Positions 35,816-49,484 of a stretch of 51,452 nt of DNA are shown here, one piece after another (positions within the stretch are counted from its first letter, which is position 1; each line of letters begins with the position of its first letter). The DNA is from Chiloscyllium plagiosum (taxonomy: Eukaryota). The notes under the pieces are model-generated. The model did not search any database. It was not told the origin of the DNA and worked only from the letters and a program-made list of their open reading frames with translations. The stretch is from positions 4,584 through 56,035 of the forward strand of contig NW_025214943.1 of the NCBI RefSeq assembly GCF_004010195.1. Direction: 5' to 3'. Made by a program: the position numbers and the translations under genes.

Positions 35816-37129
35816 ATTGCCTCTTGAGTGTATAACACAGCAACAGGAGGAGGCTATTCAGCTTCTGAATTCTGTCAAGCAAATTGTTTGTTAAATTGCT
35901 GAGAGTAAAATACAAAAATACATCATTCAAATTTTGATGGTGTTTTACAAAAACAGGAGAAAGGCTTTTAGCCAAGTGAAGCTGTAAGGAATGTGAAGAG
36001 GCCATTCAGGCCCTCGACTCCATTCCACAGGAGCAGCAGGTGAGCACAGAGCTATTGGAACCTGTTAGTCAGTAGTAAGAGGAGGACATCTACTGTCGCA
36101 AACCTTGGATCAGGAGGCAGTCACTGAGCTGCCCAAGATTGGGACACAGGAACAGGACGCAGTCGTTCAACTGCTTGAGACTGTGAGACAGGGACAGGAG
36201 GCAGTCACTCAGAGCTCGAAACTGAAGCACAGGGAAATCTGGAGGTTAGTGAGGCCCCAGCATCCTGTTATGCAAGGACAGGAGGAGATGACTCACTCCC
36301 CACCAGTATGGGACACTGGGAGAGAAGGGGAGTTTGCTTGGAAAATACAGAAATATATGAATAAGTTGCATTAGTGGTCCACACAATCCTGCCCCAACAT
36401 TCACTAAGAACACGGCTGATCTGATTGTGATTCCCTCATTCCATTATACGGAGACTCCCCTCTCTGCAGCCTCTGCTCCGTTTCTTGGTCATGTTGCAGA
36501 CTCAGATGCTGCAACAACATTCACCATCACTCATCCAGAAGGATTGGTCGAACAGGATAGGTCAGGATTTGAGGGGTCCAATGACCAGAATGAAAACACA
36601 AAATAAAGGTATTGCCAGATGTTTCGTACTCTCACATTCACAATCCAACTCACATAACCAGCCCATCCATTACATATTCATGATGAAGCACTGTGTAGAT
36701 CCGGCTAGTGTACAGCTGTATGCAACCCAGCAATGTCCAGAGTGAAACTCTGTGCAGCCCACACCAATGCTTGATCTATAATCCTGGGCTAAATGTTCAG
36801 CATGGGAAGCTGTGCAGTCCGCACTGGTTCATTCATATATGAACCCAGGCTGTTGCGTTGTTTGGTAACACTGTTAGATCACTGCCCAGTGTGGTGAAAA
36901 ATGCAACCAATGCTGGAAGTGACAGGATGTGCAGTTCCCATCCATGTCCAGCTCCATATCTGCACTGTACATTGACAAGGGGTGCTGCGAATGTCAAAAT
37001 CAATGTGAGAAAGAGATATAAATGGAAACAATTTAAATACCAACAGTTCTGATTAAGACGCATATCACTCTAGCATTTAAAGTTGAAATAACTGAGATAA
37101 TATCCAATGAGGTTTTGTGAACGGTGTAA

Positions 37130-39640
37130 AGAAGTAAGAGGGGGATGGTGATGTTATAGTGATTGCACTATCAGCCTCCAAATAATTAAAGGGACTGGCG
37201 AGACTTGCAGGAGCAATAGGGTTGACATAATAGGCGATTTTAATTTTCCTAACATAGACTGGTACTTCCAGATGGTTTAGAACTTAGATGGAACGTAATT
37301 TGCTAAGTGTGTTCAGGAAGGCTTCCACAAGCAATATAGAGAGGTTCCTATTGGGAAAGGGACAAACTCGACCTACTATTGGGAAATAAGGTCGGATAGG
37401 TGACGGAGATAAAGTGGGCGATCATTTTGGGAATAGTGACTAGAGCTGTATTAGTTTTAAAATAGTAATAGTAGGGACAAAATTGGTCCACAGAATCAAA
37501 TTCTAAATTGGTGCAAGGTGTATTTTGTTGGATTTAGACAAGGGATTTCAGGGGATGTTTGGAGTAGTTTATTTCGAGGTAAAATGATCCCGGGCAGGTG
37601 GGAGGGCTTCAAAAGTGAGATAGCTCAAGGTCAAGGTCTATATGTTCCTGTGAGGATGAAGGGAAAGTGCGGCTGGAAGAGAGAACCCTGGATGACAAGA
37701 GAAATTGAGGCTCTGACAAGTAAAAAAAGGAGGCTTGGCTCACGTATCCAGGCAGCTGGGACCAAGGGAATCTCTGGAGGTACACAGGGGATACAGGAGT
37801 TTACTGAAGAAGGAAATCAGCAAGGCGAAAGTGGGGTATGAGATAGCCTTGGCAGAGCAGATTAATGTGAATCCAAAATCAGTATAGGAAAGAAAAAGAA
37901 CAACCAGAGAGAGAATAGGACGTCTTAAAATCCAAAATAGGCACGCATGTGTAAAACCCCAAGAGATGGGTGAGGTCCTCAATTCCCCTTCTGTGTTTAC
38001 CATAAAGAAAGACATGACCTTTGGGAGGTTAGTTGTCATATCTTGGTACAGTCAATATCATAGTAGAGGTGCTGATGGACATATTAGAATGCATAAAGTC
38101 AGATAAATCTCTTGGTCCTGACCAGATATATCCAAGAACACTGCAAGAGGCGAGAGAAGACAGTTCAGGGGCCAAGGACCCGGAAGACTGGGCGATAACA
38201 AACGTGCCCTTATTCAAGAAGGGCTGCAAAGAAAAGCCTGGGAAAGATAGACCAGTAAGCTTTACATCTGGTTTCGGTAAACCACTTGAGAAGGTTCTGA
38301 GATATAAGATATGCATGCATTTGGAAAAACAGAGTTTGACTTGGAGCAGTCAGCATAGCTTTGTGCGTGGCAAATCATGCTTTACAAATTTTGTTAGAGT
38401 TTTTGAGAAAGTGAGCAGGAAGGTTAACAAGGGCAGGGTGGTGGATAGTGTCTATATGGATTTCAGTGAGGCCTTTGATAAGGTTCCACATGGTAGGCTG
38501 CTCTGGAAGGTAGATTGCATGGACTCCATTGTAAACTGGCAAATTGGCGACACAATTGGCTTGACGTTATGAAGCAAATGGCTATGGTGGAGGGATGCTT
38601 TTCGGACTGGAGGCCTGTGACTAGTAGAGTGCCTCAGTGGTCGGTCCTGGGCTCAATTCTGTTTGTTATCTATATCAATGATTTGGACCAGAGTGCACAA
38701 CGCAAGGTTAGTAAGTTTGCAGATGACACTAAATTAGGAGACATCATTTAAATGATGAACATTATCAGAAATTGCAGCAGTACCTTGGTCAGCTGAGGAA
38801 GTGGGCTGAGAAATAGCAAATGGAGTTTAATATAGATAAGTGTGATGTTTTGCAATTTGAAAAGTCAAATCTAGGTAGGAGTTTAATGATGAATGAGAGG
38901 GTCTTAATGTGAGTAGTGGAACAAAAGGACTTTTGAGATCAGGTGCACGGTTATCTGAAATTTGAGTCACAGATACAAAGGGCAGTGAAGAAGGCTGTTG
39001 GCACATTGGCCTTCATCAGCACATTGAGTATAGACGTTGCGACGTTATGTTGCAGTTGTACAGGATGTTGGCAAGGCTGCGGTTGGAGTATTGTGTTCAG
39101 TTTTGTTCAGCTTGCTCTAGAAAGGATATTATTGAACTAGAAAGAGTGTAGAAGAAATTTACAAAGATGTTTCCAGGGCTGAAGGCTCTAAGTTATAGGC
39201 AGAGATTGGACAAGTTAGAAATTATTTCTTTACAGCGTCGGAAACTGAGAGGGTTCTTATAGAAGTGTAACTCTTATAAAATCATGAGAGGGGTGCATGG
39301 GGTGAATACTTCAATTTTTTTCCTAAGGTAGGGGAATCGAGGACTAGAGGACATCCATTAATATTTGGAAAGGAAAAAAATATGTAAAAAGGAACCCGAG
39401 GGGCAACGTTTTTACACAGAGCTTGGTACACATATGGACTGAGCTGCCAAGGGAAGTGATTGAGGTGGGTACAATAACAACATTGAAAAGGCATTTGAAC
39501 AAATACACAGATAGGTAAGGATTAGAGGGGTACAGAGCAAGGGCAGGGAAATGGGGTGAGTGTGGAATGGACATTTTAGTTGGCATGGACCAGCTGGGCC
39601 AAATGGCCAGCCATACTGGCAGTCTCGTGCAGTATGACTG
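37130..39640 (+). mobile_element. Decayed CR1 LINE ORF2 (paralog of 3380-5790)
   Basis: ORFs 38033-38572 and 38515-38751 contain YMDFSEAFDKVPH and KFADDTK. Confidence 0.95.
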
Positions 39641-40338
39641 TCAATGAGTGTGTTCTGGAGTGGAGGCAGAGTGAGAAAAATGTAATTGATGGATACGTTC
39701 ACAGGTTTCAGAATGCTGAAATGAAGACTTTTCGATAGTATCATGCAACACGGGTCAGTATTATGAAGAATTAGTGAAAGGAATACTGCTGTGAGTTCAG
39801 GCGATGGAGAGTTTTGGATGAGCATTTGTTCTGCAGCTTTGTAACTGGGAGTGAGGACAGTAGAGTCTTCGGCTCACTGGGCTGAACCTAACAAAAAACT
39901 GTCTCAGTGACATTTTCATTAAGTGTGACAGAGGGGTTATCTGCACGTGGCCGAGCTAGTTTCCTGGTGCTATCTAATCAAACTCATCTCATTAACTACC
40001 CAGCCCACTCCATAGTGTCCCTCTCATACATTGCCAGTCCGATTCTCCCACCCATCATGACTGGAAGTACTCACCATCGTCAGGATGCCCCTGGATATTC
40101 CGTGATTCCTGAAACTGGGGCCATCTGTAAAAGGCCAATGGGCACACGGTTGAGCTTTCTCAGTTTGGAGCTGCCCTGCACAGTTTACCCCGAGCATAGC
40201 AGCTAAGGGGAAATTGCACCACGGTTTGTCGACAGCAGCACGGAGGTCCTGGTGGATGGGCTAGTACAAAAGGGGACCATCTTCCCAGAGGGATCGCACT
40301 ACCAGACCCACCGAGCCTGGTCTGAGCTCGCCACCTAC

Positions 40339-40429
40339 CTCAGTGCAGTATCTGCGGTCTGAAGAAATGATAGCAAAACAGGACAAGCATCAATAACCTT
40401 CCCCACTCTGTCAGGATAAGGGTCACCAT
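40339..40429 (-). pseudogene. Candidate leader exon, copy 2 (1-bp deletion relative to copy 1)
   Basis: MVTLILTEWGRLLMLVLFC, then a frameshift. Ends at a canonical donor AG|GTAGGT. 91 bp versus 92 bp in copy 1. Confidence 0.33.
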
Positions 40430-41023
40430 ATTCTCTCTGCTCCCTCACACTCACTGTATATCTGTTACAGCACCGACCCCGAACAAGGCTCATGCTCCAC
40501 CACTCTCACTACTGCATGCAGCACCTTCCCTCTCTTGCTCTCTTGCCTTTCTAATCCCCCCCACATAGTTATAGAATATTCTGGAGAATGCCAATTATGA
40601 AATGTTCCAAATAATGTTCCAACTTATTCCCAATTCAGGATAACGACTGTGCCCCAGTGTGTAACATGTAAGAGGATAGAGTAGAGATGTACGTTTTTCA
40701 AATCACACACAATTAAAATCCATCATGAGACCATTCAATACTTCAAATATGCTCCAATATTCAATCCGTTCGGGGGTGATCAGATGGTTTTCTCAGCTCC
40801 ATGTTACAGGAACTTTCAGTCATTCAACCCCCAGGTTCCTGTTACTGAGCAGATGGTTCTCAGACACTTTTTTACCCCGGGTTTCTTCTAGCACGTGTTC
40901 AGAAGGCATTTCCCATGGGGACCGACTCTCCTTACTATATATTTCATCTGATTTATAAATTCTTGCAACAGCCAGCATGCTTTCCACAAACCAATCAAAA
41001 ACATGCACTTATTTTATGGTTAT

Positions 41024-41620
41024 GAAAGGTTTGTGAAGGTTCGTAGCTCAGGTTGAGGTATATGGTGTAGGTTTGCTCGCTGAGCTGTAGGTTTGATATC
41101 CAGACGTTCCATTACCTGGCTAGGTAACATCATCATTGGCGACCTCCAAGTGAAGCGAAGCTGTTGTCTCCTGCTTTCTATTTATATCTTTCTCCTGGAT
41201 GGGGTTCCTGGGGTTTGTGGTGGTGTCATTTCTGTTCGTTTTCTGACGGGTTGATAGATTAGCCTGTCCCAGGATAGATGTGTTGTCCCAATCGAAATGG
41301 TGGTTTTTTTCATCCATGTGTAGGGCTACGAGGGAGAGAGGGTCGTGTCTTTTTGTGGCTAGCTGGTGTTCGTGTATCCTGGTGGCTAACTTTCTTCCCG
41401 TTTGTACTTCGTAGTGTTTGTAGCAGTCCTTGCATGGAATTTTGGGAATGACGTTGGTTTTGTCCATGGGTTGTACTGGGCCTTCAAAGTTTGTTAGTTT
41501 TTGTTTGAGAGTGTTGGTGGGTTTGTGTGCTACTAGGAATCCGAGGGGTCTTAGTAGTCTGGCTGTCATTTCTGAAACTTCTTTGATGTATGGTTAGGTG
41601 GTTAGGGTTTCTGGCTGTTT
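41024..41620 (-). mobile_element. Penelope-like element 3' fragment (GIY-YIG endonuclease), copy-2 specific
   Basis: ORF 41120-41569 reads NVIPKIPCKDCYKHYEVQTGRKLATRIHEH...H...H.FDW, a degenerate VVY.IPC..C...YVGQT.R.L..R..EH. Flanked by tggttat (41017-41023, 41621-41627). Empty site 'tagttat' at 7221. Confidence 0.93.
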
Positions 41621-42047
41621 TGGTTATTGATATCCAATCACAATTAGTCATTCTGGTTATTTCACTTGTCTCACCTTATTGTATTCAGCCAAAGACAGAT
41701 TCCAAACACTTGTCTCATTATAAAATACAAATTCTAGCAGAGAACATTTTGATATCAAATATACCTTTTACCTTGCCATTAAAAATTTTCTTACCCTTTG
41801 TCTGTGACTGATTCTGTGTGTAACAGTTGCACAGTCTCCCACTCAGTTGGCTGGATAGTTGGTTTGTGATATAGAGGGAGGCCACCAGCGCAGGTTCAAT
41901 TCCCCACACTGACTGAGGTTACCATGAAGGGGATGCTCTCTCAACCTCACCCCATCACCCGTCTGGGGACCTTCAACATAAACCACCATGAGTGGTCTCT
42001 CTAATGAGAGTTATTTGGGACTCTAATCTATCAATGTTAGCATTTTA

Positions 42048-45000
42048 ATTTTATAACAATTTTTTATTGAAAAATATATTTTTATTATTATATTAAACCA
42101 ATAACAAAACAACTCTAATAACTGAACAAAATTACACCCATGTGTATGTATATAAAAATAAGTTAAAGTCTCTAAACAGACAGAAGAAAAACAAAAATAA
42201 ACAATAAATAATAAATAAATAACAAAGTGGTAGCTCTCGTTCTTCGAGAGCATTAACTGACACACATTCATACGTTCATAATTCATAATATGTGATTCAT
42301 TAGACAATATCGTCATGGCTATATAAAAGCCCTTTTTAGAGTGGCAGATAAGCCTGTATCGCAGCAATCCAAGAAGGGTTGCCATATCTCATATAAACCT
42401 CTGCTTTTGTGCACCATACTGGTGAGAAATTCTAAAGGTATATTCTCCATGACGAGCTTACAACCACCCAACAGACCAGGAGGTATTTCAGACATCCAAC
42501 ACAACAGAACATTCTTCCTCGCACAGGAAGTATGAGGGAGATATTAAACGAGTATTGTGCATCAGTATTTACTGCGGAAGAGGATATGGAAGATATAAAA
42601 TGTAGGGAAATAGATGGTGATACCTTACAAAATGTCCATATTACAGAGGAGGAAGTGCTGGATGTCTTGAAACGGCTAAAGGTGGATAAATCGCCAGTAC
42701 CTGATCAGGTGTACCCTAGAACTCTGTGGGAAGCTAGAGAAGTGATTGCTGAGCCTCTTGTTGAGATATTTGCAATATGGATAGTTACAGGTGAGGTGCC
42801 GGAAGACTAGAGTTTGGCTAACGTTGTGCCATTGTTTAAGAAGAGTGTTAAGGACAAGCCAGGGAACTATAGACCAGTGAGCCTAACGTTGGTGGTGGGC
42901 AAGTTGTTGGAGGGAATCTTGAGGTACAGGATGTGCCTATATTTGGAAAGGCAAGGATTGATTCAGGTTAGTCAACATGGATTTGTGCACGATATATCAT
43001 GTCTCACAAACTTGATTGAGTTTTTTGAGGAAGTAACAAAGGGGATTGATGAGGGCAGAGGGGTAGATGTGATCTATAGGGACTACAGCAAGGGTTTTGA
43101 TAAGGTTCCCCATGGTTAGATCTCATGGAATACAGGGAGAACTAGCCATTTGGATACAGAACTGGCTCAAACGTAGAAGACAGAGGGTGATGGTGGAGGA
43201 TTGTTTTTCAGACTGGAGGCCTGTGACCAGTGCAGTACCACCAGGATCGGTGCTGGGTTCATTACCTTTTGTCATTGACATAAATGATTTGGATGGAAGC
43301 ATAAGAGGTACAGTTAGTAAGTTTGCAGATGACAACAAAATTGGAGATGTAGTGGAGAGCGACGATGGTCGCCTCAGATTGTCCAAATGGTCAATGGGCT
43401 GAGAAGTGGCAGATGGAGTTTAATTCAGATAAATGCAAGGTGTTGCATTTTGGGAAAGAAAATCTTAGCAGGACTTATACACTTAATGGTAAGGTCGCAG
43501 GGAGTGTTGCTGAACAAAGAGACCTTGGATGCAGATTCATAGCTCCGTGAAAGTGATGTCGCAGGTAGATGGGATAGTGAAGAAGGCTTTTTGTATGGCT
43601 TCCTTTATTGGGCAGAGTATTGAGTACAGGAGTTGGAAGATCATGTTGCAGCTGTACAGGACACTGGTTTGGCCACTGTTGGAATATTGCGTCCAGTTCT
43701 AGTCTCCTTCCTATCGGAAAGATGTTGTGAAACTTGAAAGGGTTCAGAACATATTTCAAGGATGTTGCCAGCGTTAGAGAATTTGAGCTATAGAGAGAGG
43801 CTGAACAGACTGGGGCTGTTTTCCCTGGAGTGTCAGAGGCTGAGGGCTGACATTATAGATGTTTACAAAATTATGAAGGGCATGGATAGGGTTAATAGGT
43901 AAAGTCTTTTACCTGGAGTCGGGGAGTCAGAACGAGAGGGTATAGGTTGAGGGTGAGAGGGGAAAGATACAACAGCGAACTACGGAGTAACTATTTCACA
44001 CATAGGGTGGTACCTGTATGGAATGAGCTGCTAGGTGATGTCGGGGAGGCTGATACAAGTGCAACATTTAAGAGGCATTTGGATGAGTATATGAATAAGA
44101 AGGGTTTGGAGTGTTATGGGCCAGGTGCTGGCAGGTGGTACTAGATTGGTTTGGGATATGTGGTCGGCATAGACGGGTTGGACCGAAGGGTCTGTTTCCA
44201 AGCTGTACATCTCTATGACTCTATGACTTCGATTAATCTCTTTTTTTTGGTGCACCATGCTGATGAGAAGGTCCAAAGGGATATTCACCATGAGGAACTT
44301 ACAAAGACCCAACAGACTCGCGCAGTTTTCAGACATCCAAAACCACAAAATAGTTTTCCTAGCACAGAAAGTGAAAATCTTGGGTCAGATCGAACCTATG
44401 ATGAATTTTCAACTGCATGGAATGGATCCTATTATAGATCAAAATCCTTTGAGCATTTTCACAAATATCCTCCCATGTCTCCGAAAAAACCTAAACCCCC
44501 AACTTCCTCGCACAGACGTCACGAAGCTGCACAGTCTTGTCTGAGGGGACACTCACCAACAAATGACACAGGGAACTGACAGAGAGGGTATTCTTTACAA
44601 TAATCATCTGCTTCTCTGCATCGAATCCATAAGTGTCTGTTGAAATTGTGTTTTTTAATCAAATCTCTAATCTGGAACAAAAACAGAAGATATCTCTATT
44701 AGGCAGTACATACCTATGAGTTTATTTGATCAAATGATATCATTGTTTCTCCCTCAAGTCATACATGGTGGCTCAGTGGTTTGCACTGCTGACTCACTGC
44801 ACCAGTGTGACGGGTTTGGTTCCAGCCCTAGGTGACTGGCTGTGTGGAGTTAGTATATTCTTAACTGTGTCTTTGTGGGCTTCCTCCTCCAGTCCAAAGA
44901 TGTGTAGGTTAGATGAATTGGCCATTGATAAGTCATTCATAGTGTTCAGGGATGTGTAGGTTTGGGCATTAGTCAGGGTAAATATGGGATGACAGGGGAA

Positions 45001-48000
45001 TAGGCCTGGGTGTGTTACCCTTCAGAGGGTCGAAGTGGACTTGCTGGGCCCAAGGGCTTGTATCCACACTGTAGGGATTCTACTAATTCTAAATCACCCA
45101 AGCAAGGCGCACCCCTGGCTACCCATAGATTAAACCTGGAATCCATTATCCCCAGTTGACAGCCCGGTGTATCAATTCTAGGGGTAAGAAACATGAGGGC
45201 TGTGTTGCCCTCGAACTGACGCATTGTCCTTCAAGTTTTAACAGTATTGATAATAATTAGTTTATGACAATACTTCATAAATGTTGTCATTTTATCTAAG
45301 AACAACAGACCAATAAGGGTTCACTTTGTCATATTGATGTCGAGTCCTCAACCGCCCAGGCACTCACATACGATGAAAAGAGCTTAATTGATTGCTTTTA
45401 ATCTGGGAGATCTACCACGCACAATCTGTGGGGCAGTAGCAATTTTGTTAGCTTGATATAGAATCGCTTATGGGGCCAAATAAAAGAGCTAAACCAGCCA
45501 TTATGTTACCGAAATATCTGTCTGGGTAACAATAACCGCTATCCAACCTAGCCAGGATATTGGAAATGCCTCCCATCTATGAAGGTCTTGTTTAATTTTG
45601 TCAAACAAATGGATACAGTTCACGTTAAATAAATGAGCAAAGACAGATGTAATGAATATACTCAAATAGGGAAACCACCCCAGTGACCATTTTAGAGGAA
45701 ACCAGGATTTGCCCTCAGTATCAGGTATTTCCCTAAGACCTCTCATAGGCCTGGCCTCCAACTTTGTAAAATTAATCTTATCGCCCAGAAAGGCAACAAG
45801 CGAATTAATGCATTGCATCACTTGAACTACCGAAATTGCAGGATTTGACAAAAACATAAGACCCTAATCTGCAGACAATATAATCTCACGTGAGTTCTAT
45901 CCCACTTCTTGGTCAGATGTGTTGGCATCCCTACGGATGGCCTCCGCCAGTGGCTCAATCACCAACATAAACAACAATGGTGAAAGGTGTCAGCCTTGGC
46001 GGCTGCCTGGAGAAATATTAATATTACTGGGTGGCCACACCGTTAGTGAGAACCGCAGCCAGAGGATCACGGGAAAGGACCCTCACCCACTTGATAAAAA
46101 CTTTGCGTATATCAACCCATTCTAATGTACAGAAGTAATCCGGCCACTCAACCCAATCAAATGCCTTCTCTCATCTCAAGGGATCAATAATCCCTGGACA
46201 GATTGTTGTTGACACTCTTGGATCATATTGAGTCACCTCTTAACATTGTAGGAAGATCTGCGTCCCTTTATAAAGCCTGTTTGGTCCTCTTTGACAACGG
46301 AAGGCAGCAAAGTTTCCAGCCTTAATGCATGGATCTCAGACAGGATTTTGAGACCAACATTTAAATGTGAGATTGGCCTGTAAGAAGTACAATCCTCCAG
46401 GGTCTTCCGTTCTTCAGCATCAGAGAGATATGAGCCTCTCTTAAGGATGGAGGAGGAGTTCGTGACTGTATGAGTGACAGAACATGTTAAACATCAGTAC
46501 TGACAATACGTTTATAAATGATTTCTAAAATTCACTCAGAAATCCGTCAGGAACGTGCATCTTTACATTCTGAAGCTGCTTCACACCCTCCTGCGCTGAC
46601 AATGGTACATTAATGGTACAACACATATTCAGGGGTTACTCCTGGAAGACCCAGGTTCTTGGAAAATGACTCCATCTTACTCCATCTATCCTCAAAATGT
46701 TCAGTCTGAAATAATTCGGAAAAAAACCTCGGACAGGCTGCATTAATCTTTTTGCAATCGGAGGGAAGGATCCCAGTACCTTCCCTAATTGAGGTAATGG
46801 CTTGAGGGGGCACTCATTTTCCTGGGAAGTTAGGCTAAATACTTGCCTTGCTTATCACCATGTTAAAACAGCCATTGTTTTTCAATAGTAAGTTCCTTCC
46901 TGGCTGTCTGTGTGAGCGAGGAATTCACTGTAGACAGAAGCGTTGTGATCCTCTGCAGATTAGGCACTGAGGGGTTCTCACAGTATGCACTCTCGGCTGC
47001 CCTCAGCTGTGCCTCAAGCCAGCGGTCCTGCTCCCCCTTCTGCCGCTTCCTGATGAATAACTATTCCCTTGCATGAGCGTTAGCAGTTTCCTATAGAATG
47101 GATGTGTTACTGGTTGAATCTGCATTAATGGCTAAGAAAGATCTGAAATCTTTACAGAAATCTTTACAGGATCCATTCGCCAGCGTTTCGAAATTCTTAT
47201 ACTGCTTCATGGTCAGAAATGGTAATTTTCCCAATTGTGCAGGATGCCACCGAATCTAAGATTGTTGCAGGGATGGAGAAGAGTTCAACATTCGTGTGGC
47301 ATTTATGCAGGTTATAGGAGAAAATAAAATCCCTACTTGTGATGTGGATCTGCCTCCAGACATCCACCAGCTCTAGTTCTGCACAAGAATCAACTAATTG
47401 CTTACATTATGACGAGGATATTGGGTGACCTTTGGACATTCGGTCTACTGTGGGGTCCATAAGACAGTTGAAATCATCTACACTAATGCACCATGAGACA
47501 AGATATCATAATTTGGAAAATGCATCTACCACGGTTTTAAGAGAGTGCGCCGGGAGGCAATAACCATTCAAAATACTGTATTCTTTCCCATAGTTCAAGG
47601 GTTTGGGGATTATGATCCTCTTGTGAATGTCGAATGTAATCTAGTAATTTAACTGGAAGATTCTTCCTATCCAATATGGCTTCTCACCTACTCCTACTAT
47701 TAATAAAACGAGAAATAAACCCGATCAAATCCGCCCTGCTGCAAAATCAAATGTTCCTTGTCATCAAGGTGCATCTCCTGCAATAGGACAACATCCACCC
47801 TCTCCTTTCTAAGACTTGAAAGTACACTTTCCCTCTTGACTGGACGATGGCTCCGCTTGTTGTTCCAGGTACATCATTTAAGAACATCATTAACCATCAC
47901 ACACTGTAGCAACATTTGAGCTCTAGAGAGGAAGAACTCGAATTACACATCACTGATCATAAATGAAAAAAGACTCATAGAGCTTAAAAACAACACAAAC

Positions 48001-49484
48001 TAATACTACTGCATCTAACAAGCTCTCAAAACTTTCCAAAACAAAACACACACACAAAAACAAAAAATGAAACAAAATCCAAAGTGCCAATGACACTCCA
48101 TAGGGAATTTACCCGCCTCCCCTACCACGCCGGTCCAGTGGGGACGATTACATACCCCAAAACGTCATCTTCTGCCTGCTACCAATATGACATCCAGGGC
48201 AATTAACGACAAAAATCGGACTTCAACTGCTCTTTGGTCGGTATTTAGTCATCACAACTACCTTTGTAACCCGCTCCAGCTTGTGTCGCACCCCAGACAC
48301 AAGCAAGGAAAGAGAAAAAGAGTAGTAATACTAATGAAGAAGTCAAAAGTGAGTACTCCACCCATCCCCGACTATAATGTAACACTGGTTAATACCAGAA
48401 AAATCCAAGAAAATTTCTTTAAGAGAGAAACATGATTATCTAAACATCCATCTTACTTTAAAATATCCACAAAGTTTTCTCTTTCTCTGGCGAGTCAGAC
48501 AAGTGTATGGATCCATTGAAAGCAATACGGAGCACCGCTGGGTACCGTAAGGAATACTGAATCCCGAGTTCCCTTACTCTTCTCTTGATATCATCAAAAG
48601 ATTTTCTTTCCTGAGTCACCACCGTTGAAAAGTCCTGAAGAACATAATACTGGAGCCCTCGTGAGTTAAAGCAATCAGATCTGTCCCCTGTGTTCCGGAA
48701 ATTCCATCAGTCTTTGTTTATCCCCATAACTATGTAACCGCACAAGAACAGGGCGAAGGCGCTGGTCTGAGTCTGACCTCCGCACCATAACCCGATGAAC
48801 TGTTTCAGTCTTCACCTGTCCCTTTTCAGTTTTGAAGTGAAGGAATCGCTGCAGCCAGTTCTCAATAAACTGACCCGCTGACCACCTTCCGTCCGGTCCA
48901 GCAAACCGACGATGTGAACATTTTTCATCCTATCCCTGTTCTCGAGGTGGTCGTCATGTTCAGTTAAGGATTGGACCTGCGTTTGAAAGGTGAGGATCCT
49001 CTCCTGAAAGCAACTGATCGCGGTCTCTGTCGCTACAGTTCAGTGCTTGGCATAATCTGTTCTGTTTCCAAGGCTGTCAAGTTGCTGCTCATGTTTTTGG
49101 AGCACGGCTGAGAGCGGCCCGAGCCACTGCTGAAAACTTCTTCAATCATTACTTCAATCATTTCACATAACTTGGTGAACTCAGTGACCAAGACCTGGTG
49201 AGGAACTGGGTCCATGGAACGAGCAGAGGGGGTTGCAGCTACAGCCTCAGGCAGGCTCGATGCTTCTGACGGGTGCACCGCTTGTTGGGACTTACTCGAT
49301 CCTTTCCCGTGTTTTGTCATTTCCACTTGATAAACCGGGATCAGTAAAGATTCTATCGTTCTTTTAGTGTTGGATTTTACATAAATGGCTGGGATGGAGT
49401 GGGTTAGAGAACGACTTTGCCCATGCTGTGATGCAAAGCCCAGCAAAACAGACCTTCCGGATCTCCGGTATCTTGGATTCCCCC
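42048..49484 (-). mobile_element. L1-clade LINE, copy 2 (both ends, ORF1 retained, ORF2 decayed)
   Basis: 5' end GGGGGAATCCAAGATA. ORF1 ~49320-48450 reads MTKHGKGSSKSQ..., LENRDRMKNVHIVGL, PVLVRL, QDFS and LRYPAVLR. Endonuclease start RKERVDVVLLQEMHL at ~47800. Flanks are ttagcatttta and ttaatgtttta. Confidence 0.92.
42525..44228 (+). mobile_element. CR1 LINE nested in the L1 (paralog of 8127-9700)
   Basis: RT motifs NYRPVSLT, SCLTNLIEFFEEV and KFADDNK; 'ctatgactctatgact' tail. Confidence 0.96.
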
